A stretch of DNA of 64,000 bases from NCBI GenBank assembly GCA_951406725.2, contig OX597822.1:50530001-50594000 (forward strand). The letters are read 5' to 3'. Positions 27,591 to 42,409 of this stretch are shown here, one piece after another. The notes below the pieces were generated by a model. The model saw only the letters and a program-made list of their open reading frames with translations, did not search any database and was not told the DNA's origin. Origin of the DNA: Octopus vulgaris. Its lineage: Eukaryota. The translations under genes and the position numbers were made by a program. Positions within the stretch are counted from its first letter, which is position 1. Every line of letters starts with the position of its first letter.

Positions 27591-28480
27591 TTGGGTCATC
27601 CAGTAAATAATGCGGGTTTTTCAGTTACATAAATTAAAAGTCGGAGGGGGACGGAATGAACAACCTACATCAACTTGTTATAAAATTCAGCAGTAATTTT
27701 ACCTTGCCCTTATTCTTAGTGCATGTTTTGTAGAGTGCAGGTCAATTTTATCAGGCATATTTTCAAAACTATAATGGAAGTCAATTGAAACATATTCGGC
27801 ATATTTTGCTTTATACCTCGGAAACTGCGCGGTATATTAATTCAGTGTACGGGGATCAGACAATAAGCGTAAGCCAGTGTCAACAGTGGATCGAGAAATT
27901 CCGAGCCAGAAACTATAGCCTCGAAAACGAGCCTCGTCCTGGAATATCTATAAGGCTCGACGACGACGTCCTGCAATCCCCGACGGATCGAAATCACATT
28001 GTGACTGTTGAGGAACTAACAGAAAAGCTAGGATTTGGTCATTCAACCATTCACCGACAGCTTCGTGCCTTCAGGAAAGTCAGAAAATTGGGTCAATGGG
28101 TTCCGCCCAAACGTTCCGAGTCTAATCGCGTGGCCATATTTAGCGAGGTTGATATTCCGAAGCCTTGAGCAGCTTGAATGAAAAACAATGCCCCATCCAC
28201 CCTATTCGCCGGACATTGCCCCTTCTGATTGTTATTTATTCCGCAGTTTTCAAAATTATTTTTATAGAAAAAAATATGAATTCTATAAAAGAACAGTACT
28301 GGAGGAGTATTTTCGTCATGGACTAGTGAATGTTGGAAGAGATGCCTTGCAAGTCTACCAGATAGATCGAAGGGTATAGAAGATGAAAGAGAGCATATTT
28401 TAGATTAAAAAGTAACTTCATATTAATTTTGAAAATTAAAAGAAATATAGAAAAAACGCATTATTTATGGGATGAACCAA
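27591..28480 (+). mobile_element. Internally deleted mariner element with both TIRs
   Basis: TIRs TTGGGTCATCCAGTAAATAATGCG and CGCATTATTTATGGGATGAACCAA, TA on the left; HTH region ..LENEPRPG..GQWVP and PHPPYSPDIAPSD motif. Confidence 0.92.
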
Positions 28481-28685
28481 AGAGATATGTCTGAGCTGAT
28501 TTTTATCCATCGTGATGTCGGCAACTTAAATGTACTGTACGTTGCCACACAACATCGAATTTGCAGAAAGCCGGTATATGTTGCAATCAGCGACTGTTTT
28601 CACTTAACACATCTTTTGAAACTTGCCCCTTCATTTTTCTATGCGACGATAAATAGAATACTATAAGCAATTATCCTAGAGTGTA

Positions 28686-28826
28686 TTTTCTTTAATTTGT
28701 TTATAGAAAATGTAAATATATTGTTCTTTAATTTGTTTATAGAAAATGGAATTATATTTTTCTTGAATTTGTTTATAGAAAATGGAAATATAGTTTTCTT
28801 TAATTTGTTTATAGAAAATGCAAATT
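28686..28826. repeat. 36-bp minisatellite, about 4 copies
   Basis: Unit TTTTCTTTAATTTGTTTATAGAAAATG.AA.TATA. Confidence 0.92.
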
Positions 28827-29911
28827 CGTGGCCTTAGATATAACCCATATAATTCAATACTATAGAGACCAAATATCAAATGCATTACAATCAAACAACA
28901 GAACCTACAAATGTTGAAAGTGATACAAACAGAGAGGTCTCGGAGAATATATTATCACGTGCCTTATAAAAATATGAACTTTAAATGAGATGTCATTTAC
29001 AGAGCAGGTAAAATATTTATTGTTTTTTTTTTTGCATAATATGTGCTTCAGTGAGGCAAACAATTTACAGATTCTATACTACGAAAGATGGTTGTTATCT
29101 TTGTAACTGAACGGGTTTATTTAAAAGTATATAAACGTCATGCCAAATCATCGCGCGAATAGTTAAGTTTACAGCCGGAAAACATCTGCAGTATGTTGGG
29201 TCGCATTCAGCAAAATTTTCACTCGAAGCACTTGATTAAAATAGTTTGTATTGAGACTAGTATAGAGCAGAAAAGCCCCTTCAATGTGTTGCTTGATCAG
29301 CTGTCACGATTTACTTCTAGAAGTCATATGCCTGTCAATAGAAATCACAATTTGCCCATACTTAACTACTTTGTATAAATCACTGGTATTTCTCAAATGA
29401 AAACAGTATGACATGGAGTCTATAAAATGAAGTGTGATTGAGAGTTAGTCGTAGGTGTAGTGGCCATAGAGAAACTAATGTTCAACATCTTGAGAGAAAA
29501 GCTATGTAAAATATATTTGCTTCGATTAAAATATCTATAAGCAATTTAAAATGTTCAGGTAAATATCCTGACATTGAAAATCAATATATGGAGTCTAAAC
29601 TTATCACACAAATAGTCACATGTTTACGCGCAACCGCTAATATATTTACATCTTCTACATAAATGAGAGTGTATGGGGAATGAATAAATGAATATCACCG
29701 GAAGGCTCCGAAACGGTGCGTCTTAAGGGAAAACGGATTTGATTTTCGAAATTTGCATCCCAAGAATGATTCCTCTTATTAGTAATCAAGTATATAATTG
29801 GCTACGAGAAATAACTTAAATTCCGGATCGCCAATATTGAACGTCTTTAAGAGCCTCTTTCGTCAACTCGGGATTACTTAAACGTGTGCACGTTTGTGTA
29901 CGTATGTGTGC

Positions 29912-29953
<42 letters not shown>

Positions 29954-30809
29954 ACGCGCGGTCTCTTATAACTGTCTTTCTATAAACCTATCTCTATCTG
30001 CCTACATGCTTTTGTCTTTCATGCTCTTCTCATCTCTGTATATACTTACTTCTCTCTCTCGCCATACTCTCTCTTTGTACGTGTATATCTCTCATGCATA
30101 CTGCGCCTGCATCTCCTTCTTGACACGATCTTTTGTGTAAATCAGTTACAGGAGACGAGTGCATCTGTCTGCTAGTCTTTGTGGCATTTAAATATTTCTC
30201 CATATCCATACATTTACAGCATTCTCTACAAGTTTGTATATGTATATCTCATACAATATGTGAGCGGGTATCTGTGTGTGCATGTGTGCGCATACATATG
30301 TGTATAAATTTCTTAGCATTCATGTGTATAAAGAAATTCAATACCTCCACCTCTCCACAAGCATCAGTGCGAACACAATTCTCAGTTGTATGGTCTCAAG
30401 GGATATGCAATCATAGGATTAATCGATTAGGAGATAAGTGCACAAGAGCCTCCGTCGCACGAACTCAGGGGACTATGTCCAATTTCAGCTGCAACGACTT
30501 TACTTGCACGAATTATCTGTGAAGATGAATAATTTTGAGTGGGTGTAAACTTGCACTGCACTACCCCCAATTATTGGCCAATGAACTTCCAAGACAGCAG
30601 GTTTTATTTTGAAGATTTCCTTCTCTTAGGTAGATTACCAACCAAAGTTAAAGAGCTTCTCTCTGCCTATGAGGTATGCTATACCGTTCCAGATACCGAA
30701 CTGACATTCAAACGCTCTATAAGGTAATCAAATAACTTTTCGGTGTTCGACAAGGAGTAGCGCATACATACATACATAAAAGAAATATGTAAGACATTCT
30801 TCTCTTTTT

Positions 30810-31283
30810 TTATTCTTGTATTCGTTTCAGTCATTTGAGTGCTGCCATGCTAGAGCACCGCCTTTAGTTGAAGAAATTGATCCAAGGACTTTGTAAGTCT
30901 ATTACTTATCCTATCGGTATCTTTTGCCGAACCGGTAAGTTACGGGGGACATAAACACACCAGCATCAGTTGTCAAGCGACGTTACGGGGCAAACATAGA
31001 CACACACACAAACATATACATATATATATTAATATATATTAATATATATATATATATATATACATGCATACATACACATACACACATACACACACATATA
31101 TATATGTATATATGTACGACGGGTTTCTTTCAGTTTCTGTCTACTAAATCTATTTACAAGGCTTTGGTCGACCCGAGGCTATAGTCGAAGGCAATCTTCC
31201 CACGGTGCCACGCAGTGGGACTGAACCCAGAAACATGTGATTGGGAAGCAAGCTACTTACAACACAGCCAGTCCTGCGCCTAT
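30810..31283 (-). mobile_element. SINE family A, full length
   Basis: Reverse complement matches 477-890; internal TA/CA repeat is expanded. Confidence 0.92.
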
Positions 31284-31377
31284 GTGATTTAAAAATATAA
31301 GATTTAAATATAAATTATATATATATATAAATTAATAGATATGAACATTTAAAAAGTATATATAAAATGAGATTTAA

Positions 31378-31441
<64 letters not shown>

Positions 31442-31462
31442 AACTTGCAAAGAAGGTTTTGA

Positions 31463-31516
31463 AACCACCTGAAGAATGTCTCATAGAAGTGCTGACACGA
31501 AACGATCGTAGTGGTT
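31463..31516 (+). ncRNA. Minimal hammerhead ribozyme, intact core, in PLE terminal repeat (~31440-31612)
   Basis: AACCAC-CTGAAGA-aTGTC(13 nt)GACAc-GAAA-CGATCG-TA-GTGGTT; downstream TTAAGTCTTTC..TAGTGGTTTTGTCTCTAAT matches 4710-4757. Confidence 0.85.
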
Positions 31517-31615
31517 ATTTTAATTATATTTAATTTATATAAATTTTTTTATGTATTGGCTTAAGTCTTTCTTTGTTTGATTTGCATAATAGTGGTTTTG
31601 TCTCTAATTAATATA

Positions 31616-31683
<68 letters not shown>

Positions 31684-31928
31684 TACATATACATATATAC
31701 ACACATATAAGAATATAAGTAATTTTAATAGATATTTACACATATTTGTTGGATGGCCGTTGACTGCTAATGAGTTCCTCCGCCCTTTGCCGGGTCTTAC
31801 CTTTCATCCCACAGAGCATCCAATAATCAAATTCCTCACCAAGCAATCCTGGTGGGGTTGCCAGTTTAGTCGATGATGACACGACCATGCAACGGATGTA
31901 GGAAAATTTAATAAGGACGAACTGTAGA

Positions 31929-32130
31929 ATGTTGTTAAACCATTTATATCTTGAATTCTTCTACATATGTTTCGATGCACTCCAATATATCTGATAGGAT
32001 TAATTATAGTCAGTAATGCATCAATCTCACCAGGAAGGATATAAATAACAAACTCATCAAACAGACACTTTGGATTGCATCCGTCGAAACATATATTGAA
32101 GAATTCAAGATATAAATGGTCTAACAACAT
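31929..32130. repeat. Inverted repeat, 47-bp arms
   Basis: 31929-31975 versus 32084-32130, with few mismatches. Confidence 0.9.
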
Positions 32131-32970
32131 CCCGAGAGTTCGTCTCCTTATTCACAGTTTCTTATTTTCAACTAAATACGACTCAGTGTCTTGGATTTAA
32201 ATCCTGGGACATTTAGCTACCTTGTAATTATTGCCCTGGATTTTTCCTTTATATATATATCACTCTGGTAATCAAGGACTCGTGACTGAATATGCGTCCG
32301 CCAGCTAGAAAATGACTCGGTCTTGCGAACCTATTGCCTGCTTGAGGATGGTAGGTATTTACTTCCCCTGCAAGCAATATTTTTTTATATACAATTTGTA
32401 GCACCGCACCGATAAATAGCTGACGGAGGCTCTGCTGGGGGCTAAACTAGTAGTGACATGGAAGACCCACTTTGATGTGGCGATTACCTTTACTTGTTAG
32501 TATAGTTACTATTCTGATCTGTGTTTGAACTTTTACAACTAGCCATTTTGTTTGTATTTTGTTTGTCTCACTTTCTCCATATTTGTTTATTCAACATGTA
32601 TTTATTAGTGACAGAGGCAGTATTAATACAGAAGGCTGAATGTTGTGTTAGAACAAAGTATACTGTGGTAGATATCCATGAGAGACTCCCATATTTTTCA
32701 TATCACTAGTGGGGAGATAAACCCCAGCCACCTCCCGTACCAAGACCACCAGTTCATGATATTCTAGCCTTCATTGGTCAGGTCAATGATGGACGCTCGA
32801 CTGCTAGACATATCAGTGATTCGTATCCTGCCAACAATGTATATAATAACAGCCTCAGAACAATCGCTGGTATCGCAATAAGCCAGTGTAGTTGTAAAAC
32901 GATATTATATCAACGACAGAGGCAATATTAGTATAGTTTATTCCAACAGAACATCTACGTTTAAATGAGG

Positions 32971-33016
<46 letters not shown>

Positions 33017-33017
<1 letters not shown>

Positions 33018-33290
33018 GAGGCGCAATGACCCAGTGGTTAGGGCAGCGGACTCGCAGCCGTAGGATCGCGGTTTCGATTCCCAGACCGGGCGTTTTGAGT
33101 GTTTATTGAGCGAAAACACCTAAGAGCTCCACGAGGCTCCGGTAGGGGGTGGTGACGATCCCTGATGTACTCTTTCACCATTCTTTCTTTCACTCTTTCT
33201 TCAGTTGGCCTGCGTCATTCGAAGGGTAAAACAATGCGAACGCATTGTGACCAGCGATGTGTAACTACATCTGATGGACTGATCACGTGA
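33017..33290 (+). mobile_element. tRNA-derived SINE, family C (possibly tRNA-Arg-like head)
   Basis: TGACCCAGTGGTTAGGGCAGCGGACTCGCAGCCG..GTTTCGATTCCC carries A/B boxes and a CT-CGC-AG loop; second copy at 47160. Confidence 0.85.
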
Positions 33291-33329
33291 TATATATATA
33301 TATATATATACACCCACATACACACACAC

Positions 33330-33392
<63 letters not shown>

Positions 33393-36364
33393 CAAATTAG
33401 TAAATAAATGGCACAACTAAGTACCGATATTTACTGGAAATAGCGAACGTAAAAATACGACGCTAATGTGTAGCTTCACCGCGTATGTATTAGCAAAAAT
33501 GCGTGTGTGCAACAAAATAGAGAAAAAAAACCGTCTTATCTCCAGGGAGAACATCTGAAAGATGAAACACCCGGAAAATGGATAATGTGGTACCTGCAGG
33601 TTTCAGGTTTTGCAAGATATGTCTCTCACCCATATTTTGCTTTACCTTCTTCAGCCAAACATATGTATATATGTACATGTGTGGATGTCCCTGTCTGCGT
33701 GCGTGGCGTGTGCGTCTCTCTGCGTGTGTGCGTATGCGTATGTGTGTGTGCTTCTGAGTTTCTCTGTTTTCGTCATTTAGGGACAAAAAGAGAGATAAAC
33801 GGATTGTAATAAAACATGAAAATCTCACAAATATTAAACTTTTATAGATATATTTCCTATTGACCCGGTGTCTGGCTCAAACTCTCATCTCATTAGAATT
33901 TAGCAGAAATATTATTCCGAATTGAAGTGTGAAGATATATCCTTCTGATTTCCTACTTTAAACGTTTAATTAAAATACAAAAAAAATAGAAATATTTTGC
34001 CAAATAAACTCCATAGGTTAATAGTGTGGAAGATACAATTTTTCATAAATTTATCTTTCTTTAGAAAAATATAATTATTAAATATATTTCGGTTTATTCA
34101 CTGTATAGAAAAATTCAAACGTAATTGCTTCAGTTAAAAAGGTTTTAATTCTGATTGTAAGCATCTTGTACATAATGATTAGGAACATTTATTTAATTAC
34201 TATCTTAGCCAGCAAATCAGATTTTCGAGAGAGATTTAGATATTGCCTCTTTAGCATGGCATTTATGTAAGCTATTATATCTTAGCGATGCATAGAATAC
34301 ACCGAATTTAGTCATTCACCTACATCTACAATACGTTATATTTGTTATTTCAAAGATTGCTGCATGGTAAATACAGCATAATAATTGGAAAACAAATATG
34401 TAATCACCTATATCTATATAAGCTAGTGCTGGCTGTCTGTCTGTTTAACAATAGATAGGAATTAAATACCCGTAATTACTTTTTAATTTCCCACGTATCG
34501 TTATCTGTTTCCCTAAAACATTGAAAGTTATATGGATGTTTAGATTATAATGTCTAAAACGAGTACCTTTTTCTGAGTCTCCATGATTATCAACTTGTGA
34601 CAGGCTGAAGCGAAATGACCAATAACCATGTAAAGTAGCAGATTTTACGTCAGTGACCTACTACTTGAAGGATGCTTTAGTAACAGCTAGGAGTACTTCA
34701 CTCTCGATGGTATTGCTGCAAACACTGACAACAGCCAAGGGTATTTTTTACGTCACTACGCTCAGGTGGATTGTCATCACATATGCTTGTTAACCTATAG
34801 CTGGAATCCTGACAGGTGCTACTATTCCGGGTCGAAGTAGATCTGAGGCAATAAAGGCAGTGAGATTGTGCTATACCTCTCATTATCGTGGAACTCTCGA
34901 ACGAGACCCCTACTACCAGATGCACTTAAAAATCATACTCAGGAGACACATACATAAATATACACACACACAGCATACGAACACGCACACATAAACAAGC
35001 AAACACACACAGAACCATTCCCCTCTCACACAATCACGTATATACATATACTTATGTACAGGCATATATATGTTATACTCTTCTGAAACATGGATAGTAC
35101 ACTATAGAGCGCTTTCATCAAACATATACGAGTACATATGTGTGTGGTATATTATTTCTAATTTAGTTCACCCTATGATCGACTTCTTTAACATGAAGTC
35201 GTTATAATTTATACATTATGTTCCACCACCTTACAAAAGAAAACAAAGTTATCAATCTACTGCATGATTTTTACTTCATCATTTTGCCTGGTAAAAATGC
35301 CAGCCAATGTCCCTCCAGTCAGTAAACATCCTCTTTATAAAATGAAACGGTATATTCGTAGCATAAGATAGCTGCATCAATATTACCTGAAGTTGAAACA
35401 TACAATCCATATCATAATGCAACGTCAACAAGCAAAAATACTAGAACAACAAATATAAATCACATATTATTCTGTTTAGCACATCCTACAGACATCATTT
35501 CATAACAATGATATTGTTTGTTTTCTCGTACAAATTTCTGCATTTGGCACTGAAGAATAAAATGCTGGTAAGTTATTAACTTTCTGTTTCATACGTAACA
35601 TTTGTTCCTCTGGGTTTAGTAATATTAATCTAAGAACGCTCTAACGATTCACAAATTAATTGCAATGTATTTTCAATTTCTCTAGTTTGTTTTATTATAT
35701 CATACAATACAGTTCAATTAATGACAATCGAAGTGTTAATTTTCAATATGATTGTTGATGAAAAAGATTGCACTCATTGATTTTGATTCGATTCAGTAAA
35801 ATACGCCCACATGAATTCTTAGCAATTTTGAGTGTACGAAATATATCAGCACTTTCAATATTATTCTCTATTAATTTAAGAACCACATCACTGTGCATAT
35901 TGCAAAATTAGAGTTCCTTTCATATTTCAGTTTTCATTATTTTCATCACTTCATATTCACCCATCAAAAGATTAAAATTATGCGGTTTACACCCCAGCGA
36001 TCACTGATGCATACAGCGACAATTGTTTTCACCGATATCACACTAATTCTTTGCGCCATGAATACGATGAAAACCATGATGGTTAGAATTATTCAAGAGA
36101 AAATCATACATACATACAATTTACTGTTTCATTAGTACACACACACATATAATTTACTGTTTCATTAGTACAAAAATGTACTCAATTCAGTAAGAGTCAA
36201 ATATCATTTAATGTACATAGTAAAAATATATCCTTTTATAACAGGCCTAGTGTTCTAAGCAATCCTCACACTATGAGCAAATGTTCTGTTCTATTCGAAA
36301 ATCAGTATGCACATACACGAAAAATCACAGCAGGAAATGAAGTGGTTGATGCAAAAAGAGGAAG

Positions 36365-36535
36365 AGTTGGTGTGTTTTCGTACAGTAACTTAAGTGGTTC
36401 GGCTATAACACCGATAGAATAAGTATCAGGCTTAACAAATAATAAGTCCTGCGATCGACTCATTCGGCGGAAAACTCTCCAAGGTGGTGTTCCAATATGG
36501 CCGCAGTGTAATGAGTGAAAGAAGGAAAAGATAAA
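36365..36535 (+). mobile_element. SINE family A, 3' fragment
   Basis: TAACTTAAGTGGTTCGGC..CCGATAGAATAAGTA..ATGGCCGCAGT. Confidence 0.8.
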
Positions 36536-37052
36536 CGAAAGATAATTTATATGGTATAAATCCACAACAATGTGTAAACTGGCAGAATATTTTGTATCAC
36601 AAAATAATTTCCGATTCGAAATTTTCAGCAAATGCAAGCATATGGGCAAATTTCTTTTGGCAAAATGGATAATACCACTCTTATTGTTAAACACCTAGTT
36701 TGATTATGGCGTGTGCGACCAAGGAAAAAGAAAAGTAGGAAAATTAGAGTTAGACCCGTAATTCTAATTTTCCTACTTTATTTTTTATGTTATATTTGAG
36801 TTTTTATTAATTCTTCCACGTCTTGCACCGATCATCTCGTTTTTTCTCATGATTTCTCGTGTATCAACGCCCTGATTTTCGAAAGAACACAACATGTCCG
36901 CATATACTGGAGATTGCTTTTAGACGGGACACGTTATAAAACCCTACCGAAACACGTGTCTTCACTATAAGAAATTAGTAGAAACTCGTATATTTAAAGA
37001 GTGTACATTAAATGATAAACGGACAGAAACTCACATGCACACACATACACCG

Positions 37053-37130
<78 letters not shown>

Positions 37131-37284
37131 GATTTATACATACTCGCAAATACCCATACATCCACACACACACACTCAAGCACTCAAACATGTGCACACA
37201 GGCGCACAGACATACGTACATATACACACCAACGTACGGACATATGCACATACACACACATTCACGTATATTTACATATGTGTA

Positions 37285-37336
<52 letters not shown>

Positions 37337-37852
37337 CACCCTAATATCGAACGGTGAGTTATGAGTCCTCCGCACCGGTTTGATGAAATACTATTATTTA
37401 TCTGTGGTTTAACAAGTCAACCAATAGTTTCATTATTGAAAGAAATCGCTTAACATTTATAAAATCTTGTACCTGGGTGTATTGGTACTCGTATCGCTAT
37501 ATGTGTGCGTGTGAGCTTGTTTCTGTGTCTGTGTGTGTTTGTGTATATGCGCGCGCGTGAAATATGTAATCCATAATCGTTTGTCCTATAAAATATATTA
37601 TTATGTTTCGCCTAAGGCACATTTGTGACAGGAGGAGAATATTTACAGAATCTGTATAAGTAACATCTTATGATAAGAAAGGATATTGTATAAATAGATA
37701 TGTGTGTGTATGTGTGTGTATGTTTATATATATATATATGTGTGTGTATGTGTGCGTGTGTAAGTATACATATATATATATATATATATGTATCAATGTC
37801 AATAATACAGTGATTGTTTCTTGTCAGGAACAAAAATATTAATAGGACAAAA

Positions 37853-38773
37853 ATATCAAACTAAAGTTATTGAACAAACAAATGCAAGGTCATCCGCATA
37901 TTTCATAATTCGAACATTTAATCATAGAATATACATATAAACATCCCGCAAGATGGAACATAATTCATCTGTACAAGCATACTAGCATATAATAATAATA
38001 AGGTCCGAGAACAAATTTTTTTCATCACAGTTTAGAGTTAATAATGTAGCGATTCAGAAAAATACATTAAAAAAACATAAAAAAAAACTTACAACACCTA
38101 GAAAGTAAAAATATAATATAAAGTAATATATAAAAATATATAGGTATATAAAATATTTATAAAATATATATATATACATATAGGAGCATATAAAAATATA
38201 TAATATATATCATGTAAATAAAATAAAAGTTCATCGTTCAGAAATCTTATTAAGTAATTATTCAAGTAAAAGAAGCCTTATAGTTAAAAAGGGAACCATA
38301 TTTATTTATCCCTATGGCCATTTCAGGAGTGTATTATGTTTAAAGCACTAGGGTGCATCCAGATAATGATGAACCTTTATTTTAAACGATGAACTTTTAT
38401 TTTATTTACATGATATATATTACATATTTTTTATATGCTCCTATACGTATATATATATATTTTATATATTTTTATATACCTATATATTTTTTATATATTA
38501 CTTTATATTATAGTTTTACATTCTAGGTGTTGTAAGTTTTTTTTTTTTTTTTGAAATGTATTTTTCTGAATCGCTAAATTATTAACTCTAAACTGTGATA
38601 AGACATTTTTTTTCTCGCACCTTATTATTATTATATGCTTGTATGCTTGTACAGATGAATTATGTTCCATCTTGCGGGATGTTTATATGCATATTCTATG
38701 ATTAAATGTTCGAATTATGAAATGATATGCGGATGACCTTGCATTTGTTTGTTCAATAACTTTAGTTTGATAT
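37853..38773. repeat. Long inverted repeat (~390-bp arms) around a PLE GIY-YIG tail
   Basis: 37853-38238 versus ~38385-38773; spacer minus strand reads RFIIIWMHPSALNIIHS*NGHRDK, like PLE C-termini (..LNKRSE..CRHRNK). Confidence 0.9.
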
Positions 38774-38783
38774 ATATATATGT

Positions 38784-38836
<53 letters not shown>

Positions 38837-39004
38837 ACATATATATATACATATATATATTTATGCATGTATATATATATATGTATATATATATATACGT
38901 ATGTACATACATATACATAACTATATATATATGTAAGTACATAAATATACATACATATATATTCATACCTACATATATAAACATATATTCGTTTATACAT
39001 ACAC

Positions 39005-39036
<32 letters not shown>

Positions 39037-39070
39037 GTATGTGTATACGTATATGTGCTACTATGAACCT

Positions 39071-39108
<38 letters not shown>

Positions 39109-39159
39109 GTATGTGTATACGTATATGTGCTACTATGAACCTGTATATATATATATATT

Positions 39160-39191
<32 letters not shown>

Positions 39192-39364
39192 CAACTCGAT
39201 GCATAAGCACTCGTATATACAGGTGTATATATGAAGATATGCTTGCACACATAGACATATATACATATACGTACATAAGTACATTACATATACACTATGG
39301 TGTAAGTGAATTCCTGAGCTACTGCTTCATATGTTCCTTGGTAGGATTATTTCATATCATCGTT

Positions 39365-39590
39365 TTCGATAGCATTGATTGGACTGGCAGCACGAATCTC
39401 AACTGCGATCTACTAGTACACCTTCAACTCACTTACGTTCTCCAGCTCATCGCTGAAACTAAAGTTGAGCTGCAGACCATGCTAATAGAACTCAATAGTA
39501 GGTGTGGATCTGAACAGCCTGAGAACAAATCAGAAGCGGTTCGAATACAATGCACAGGACGAAATTGAGGAGGTAAAGTATTATGCGGAG
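39365..39590 (+). pseudogene. Decayed RTE LINE RT fragment
   Basis: IDWTG..LIAETKVELQTMLIELN parallels IDWQG..IIAETMDQLQTMLIELD at ~61945-62065. Confidence 0.75.
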
Positions 39591-39905
39591 TTTGCGTCGA
39601 ATCATGGAAAGAAAGCTTGTAAGAAAAGCCTTGCCCGAATAAACTACATACGGAAAGCAAACCTGAACAAGACTATACTTGAGCTTCGTAAAAATATCAT
39701 TTTATGCAGCTGAAGATTGCTCTACATTCTAAATTGATGTAATGTTTGCATTGTTCAATTAGATGGAGTCGCATGAAACGTTCGTACTGCATTACCACTG
39801 GCTATCCTTGTTGGTTATTTTGATTATAATCACCTCATTTTAAATTATATGGATAATACCATATTAAACATTCTGGTGCCTTCAACTTAAGCACCATTTT
39901 CATCG

Positions 39906-39986
<81 letters not shown>

Positions 39987-41480
39987 GGGGTATACATAAC
40001 GAGCACAAGTAATAGTCAATCTTTACTACTTTATCACATAATTATCTCTAAAGGCTAAATAACATTTATTATTTTCTTTTTCTTCCTAATAATCTGACCG
40101 TGAAGATTGTTTTATTTTATAGTAATCTGGTCATGGGGTTTGTTTTTGCTTTTTGTTTCGTCGATTTTGCATTTTGTTTTGTTTGTCATTTTATCTAAGG
40201 TTTTACATTCTTAGTCTTTGATATTTCTCAACATAGGTATAAAGATATAAAAATTAAAAGCGCTTCTCTCACCAGAAGTAGTAACTCTCTCCCTCCTCAT
40301 AAGTAGCCGTTCCTTGTGAGCCAACCACGTATATATAGAACGCTGACCGGATCTCCAATGCTATCCGCAGAAACTGAGTGAAAAGCAAACTGACGCGGTA
40401 AAAACAACAATACTGATAGTAAATCATTTCGATGAATAAAGCAGCAAGAAATCCATCATTTGCACCCCGGACGAACATACAAGAGCTTGTGTATAGCCTG
40501 TAGTGAAAACATTGAATGTAACTACACAAGGAACCTTTACACAAAGCAAATCTATACTGGACCTATGGAAACAAGAGCTGAAACCACATGCAAGTTATTT
40601 CAAAAGAAAAAAAAACACGCAAGAGTCTTCTCTCTCTACCTATATCAGTTTTTTTAATTATTTTATCCACCGTTAAAAAGGAAAAACGTCATAAATTTTA
40701 ATTTTTATATGGCTTATATAACTTACATGTAACTAATTTTATAATCTCGAGTTATGATGTACTGAGAAGCAAGGGCGAAATGGTACTATCTACGACTATC
40801 GTACAGGTTAAGAAAGGAATTATATGGATATAATATATGTTCTTTGAACTCTCTTCACTCTGATAATTATTTCTCAACATAAGAGAACAACATGAGAAAT
40901 TTAGAAGCTATACTCCCTCCTTAAGTAGCACACACTCTATCCCTATACGTAGTGGATCCCAGTGAGTCAACCACCTGTTCAATCTTGTATAGAGTGAAAC
41001 GAAAGTGTTATCGAACAAAGGACGTATCCAAGACAATCAATTGAAGAAAAACATTTAACAACGTTTAATGGATGCTATTATCTGCGCAATATATTAATCA
41101 TATCATCTTACTAATGTACTGTAGGTTTGAAGATGAGTGGAAATAATTGTAGGGATATGAAGTGCAGAATGCCGTTCACTTTCTCTCTTTGTATACATCT
41201 CTAAGGACACTATCGAATTCCAGATGTATATTCAGTGACAGGAGAAATCCCAAAGCATAACATACAGTCGTCAATACTTGTAAAAGAGGTTTGTATAGCA
41301 TGCAACAAGCTATTTATCCAAGAATTATTCAAGTATGTATACTTATATATTTACATACATATACGTGTGTGTGAGAGAGAGTGAATATGTGTGTGTGTAA
41401 ATATATTTACACACACTTATATATACATACACATTATACGCGTATGTGTGTGTATAGACACACATATATATATATATATT

Positions 41481-41546
<66 letters not shown>

Positions 41547-41928
41547 CACACACGGACACAGAGTTATTGTGGAAAACTCTGACGATAAACAAGACCATAT
41601 TGATCAAATTCAAAAATCCCGTGATAAGGTTTTATCAAACTATTTCATATCTTATCAAACAAAGATGTTCTGACTTGCTGTTTGCAATCCCGAATATTTC
41701 ATGACGTTTGTGCTTTACTGTGGGTGTTCGAGTTAAATCTTGGCTCTCATCTCTAGCAATTCTAGGTGTTATTTTGCACCCTCATTTATTAATTTTACCT
41801 TTTTGGCTTTAATTGCCATAGCCATCTATAATATAATGTGTTTAATATATCTTAATATTCTAATATATTATTGTCTTATTGCATGTTACTATATATATAT
41901 ATATATATATGTACATACGTATATGTTG

Positions 41929-41986
<58 letters not shown>

Positions 41987-41991
<5 letters not shown>

Positions 41992-42194
41992 TAATCCAAA
42001 CAAGAAAGCACAAAAAAACACAACCACGCGAGGACGTGGAACAAATATTGTATTATTGGACGCTCAGGAAAGAAGGAAAGAAGGAGGGTTTAAATTTTGG
42101 AGCGGAGCTCTTCATCGGAAACATAGGAGAAGGGAAGATCTGGAGAAGGGAAGACAGAGGAAAAAAATCGCTAACGGTACACACGAGGTCACAC

Positions 42195-42195
<1 letters not shown>
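41987..42195 (-). mobile_element. PLE terminal repeat with degenerate HHR (42088-42122), between (TA)n tracts
   Basis: Minus: GTTT-CCGATGA-aGAGC(tcc)GCTC-CAAA-ATT-TA-AAC; downstream CCTGAGCG..AATAATACA resembles the 58.6-kb family. Confidence 0.7.
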
Positions 42196-42282
<87 letters not shown>

Positions 42283-42409
42283 ATAAGCAACAAGGATATT
42301 CAGAGGTAATGCAGTACGATCGTTTCAAGCAACCCAATTTAATTGATCAATGCAATCATTGCATCAGTTTAAATGCAGAGTAATCCTCAGCGGCATAAAG
42401 ACATAGAAT

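Noticed and set aside
28686-28826. 36-bp repeats suggesting a CRISPR array
   Set aside because: Head-to-tail units with no unique spacers, no cas genes and a eukaryotic context.
36732-36779. 17-bp-arm hairpin AAAGTAGGAAAATTAGA/TCTAATTTTCCTACTTT as a pre-miRNA or terminator
   Set aside because: Real but short and AT-rich; more simply another small fold-back, with no evidence of function.
36905-36963. GAAA-CACGTG-TC half hammerhead
   Set aside because: No matching CUGANGA with paired stems upstream.
40440-40620. Possible PLE GIY-YIG remnant
   Set aside because: Only a faint resemblance (WKQELKPHASYF); too decayed to call by eye.
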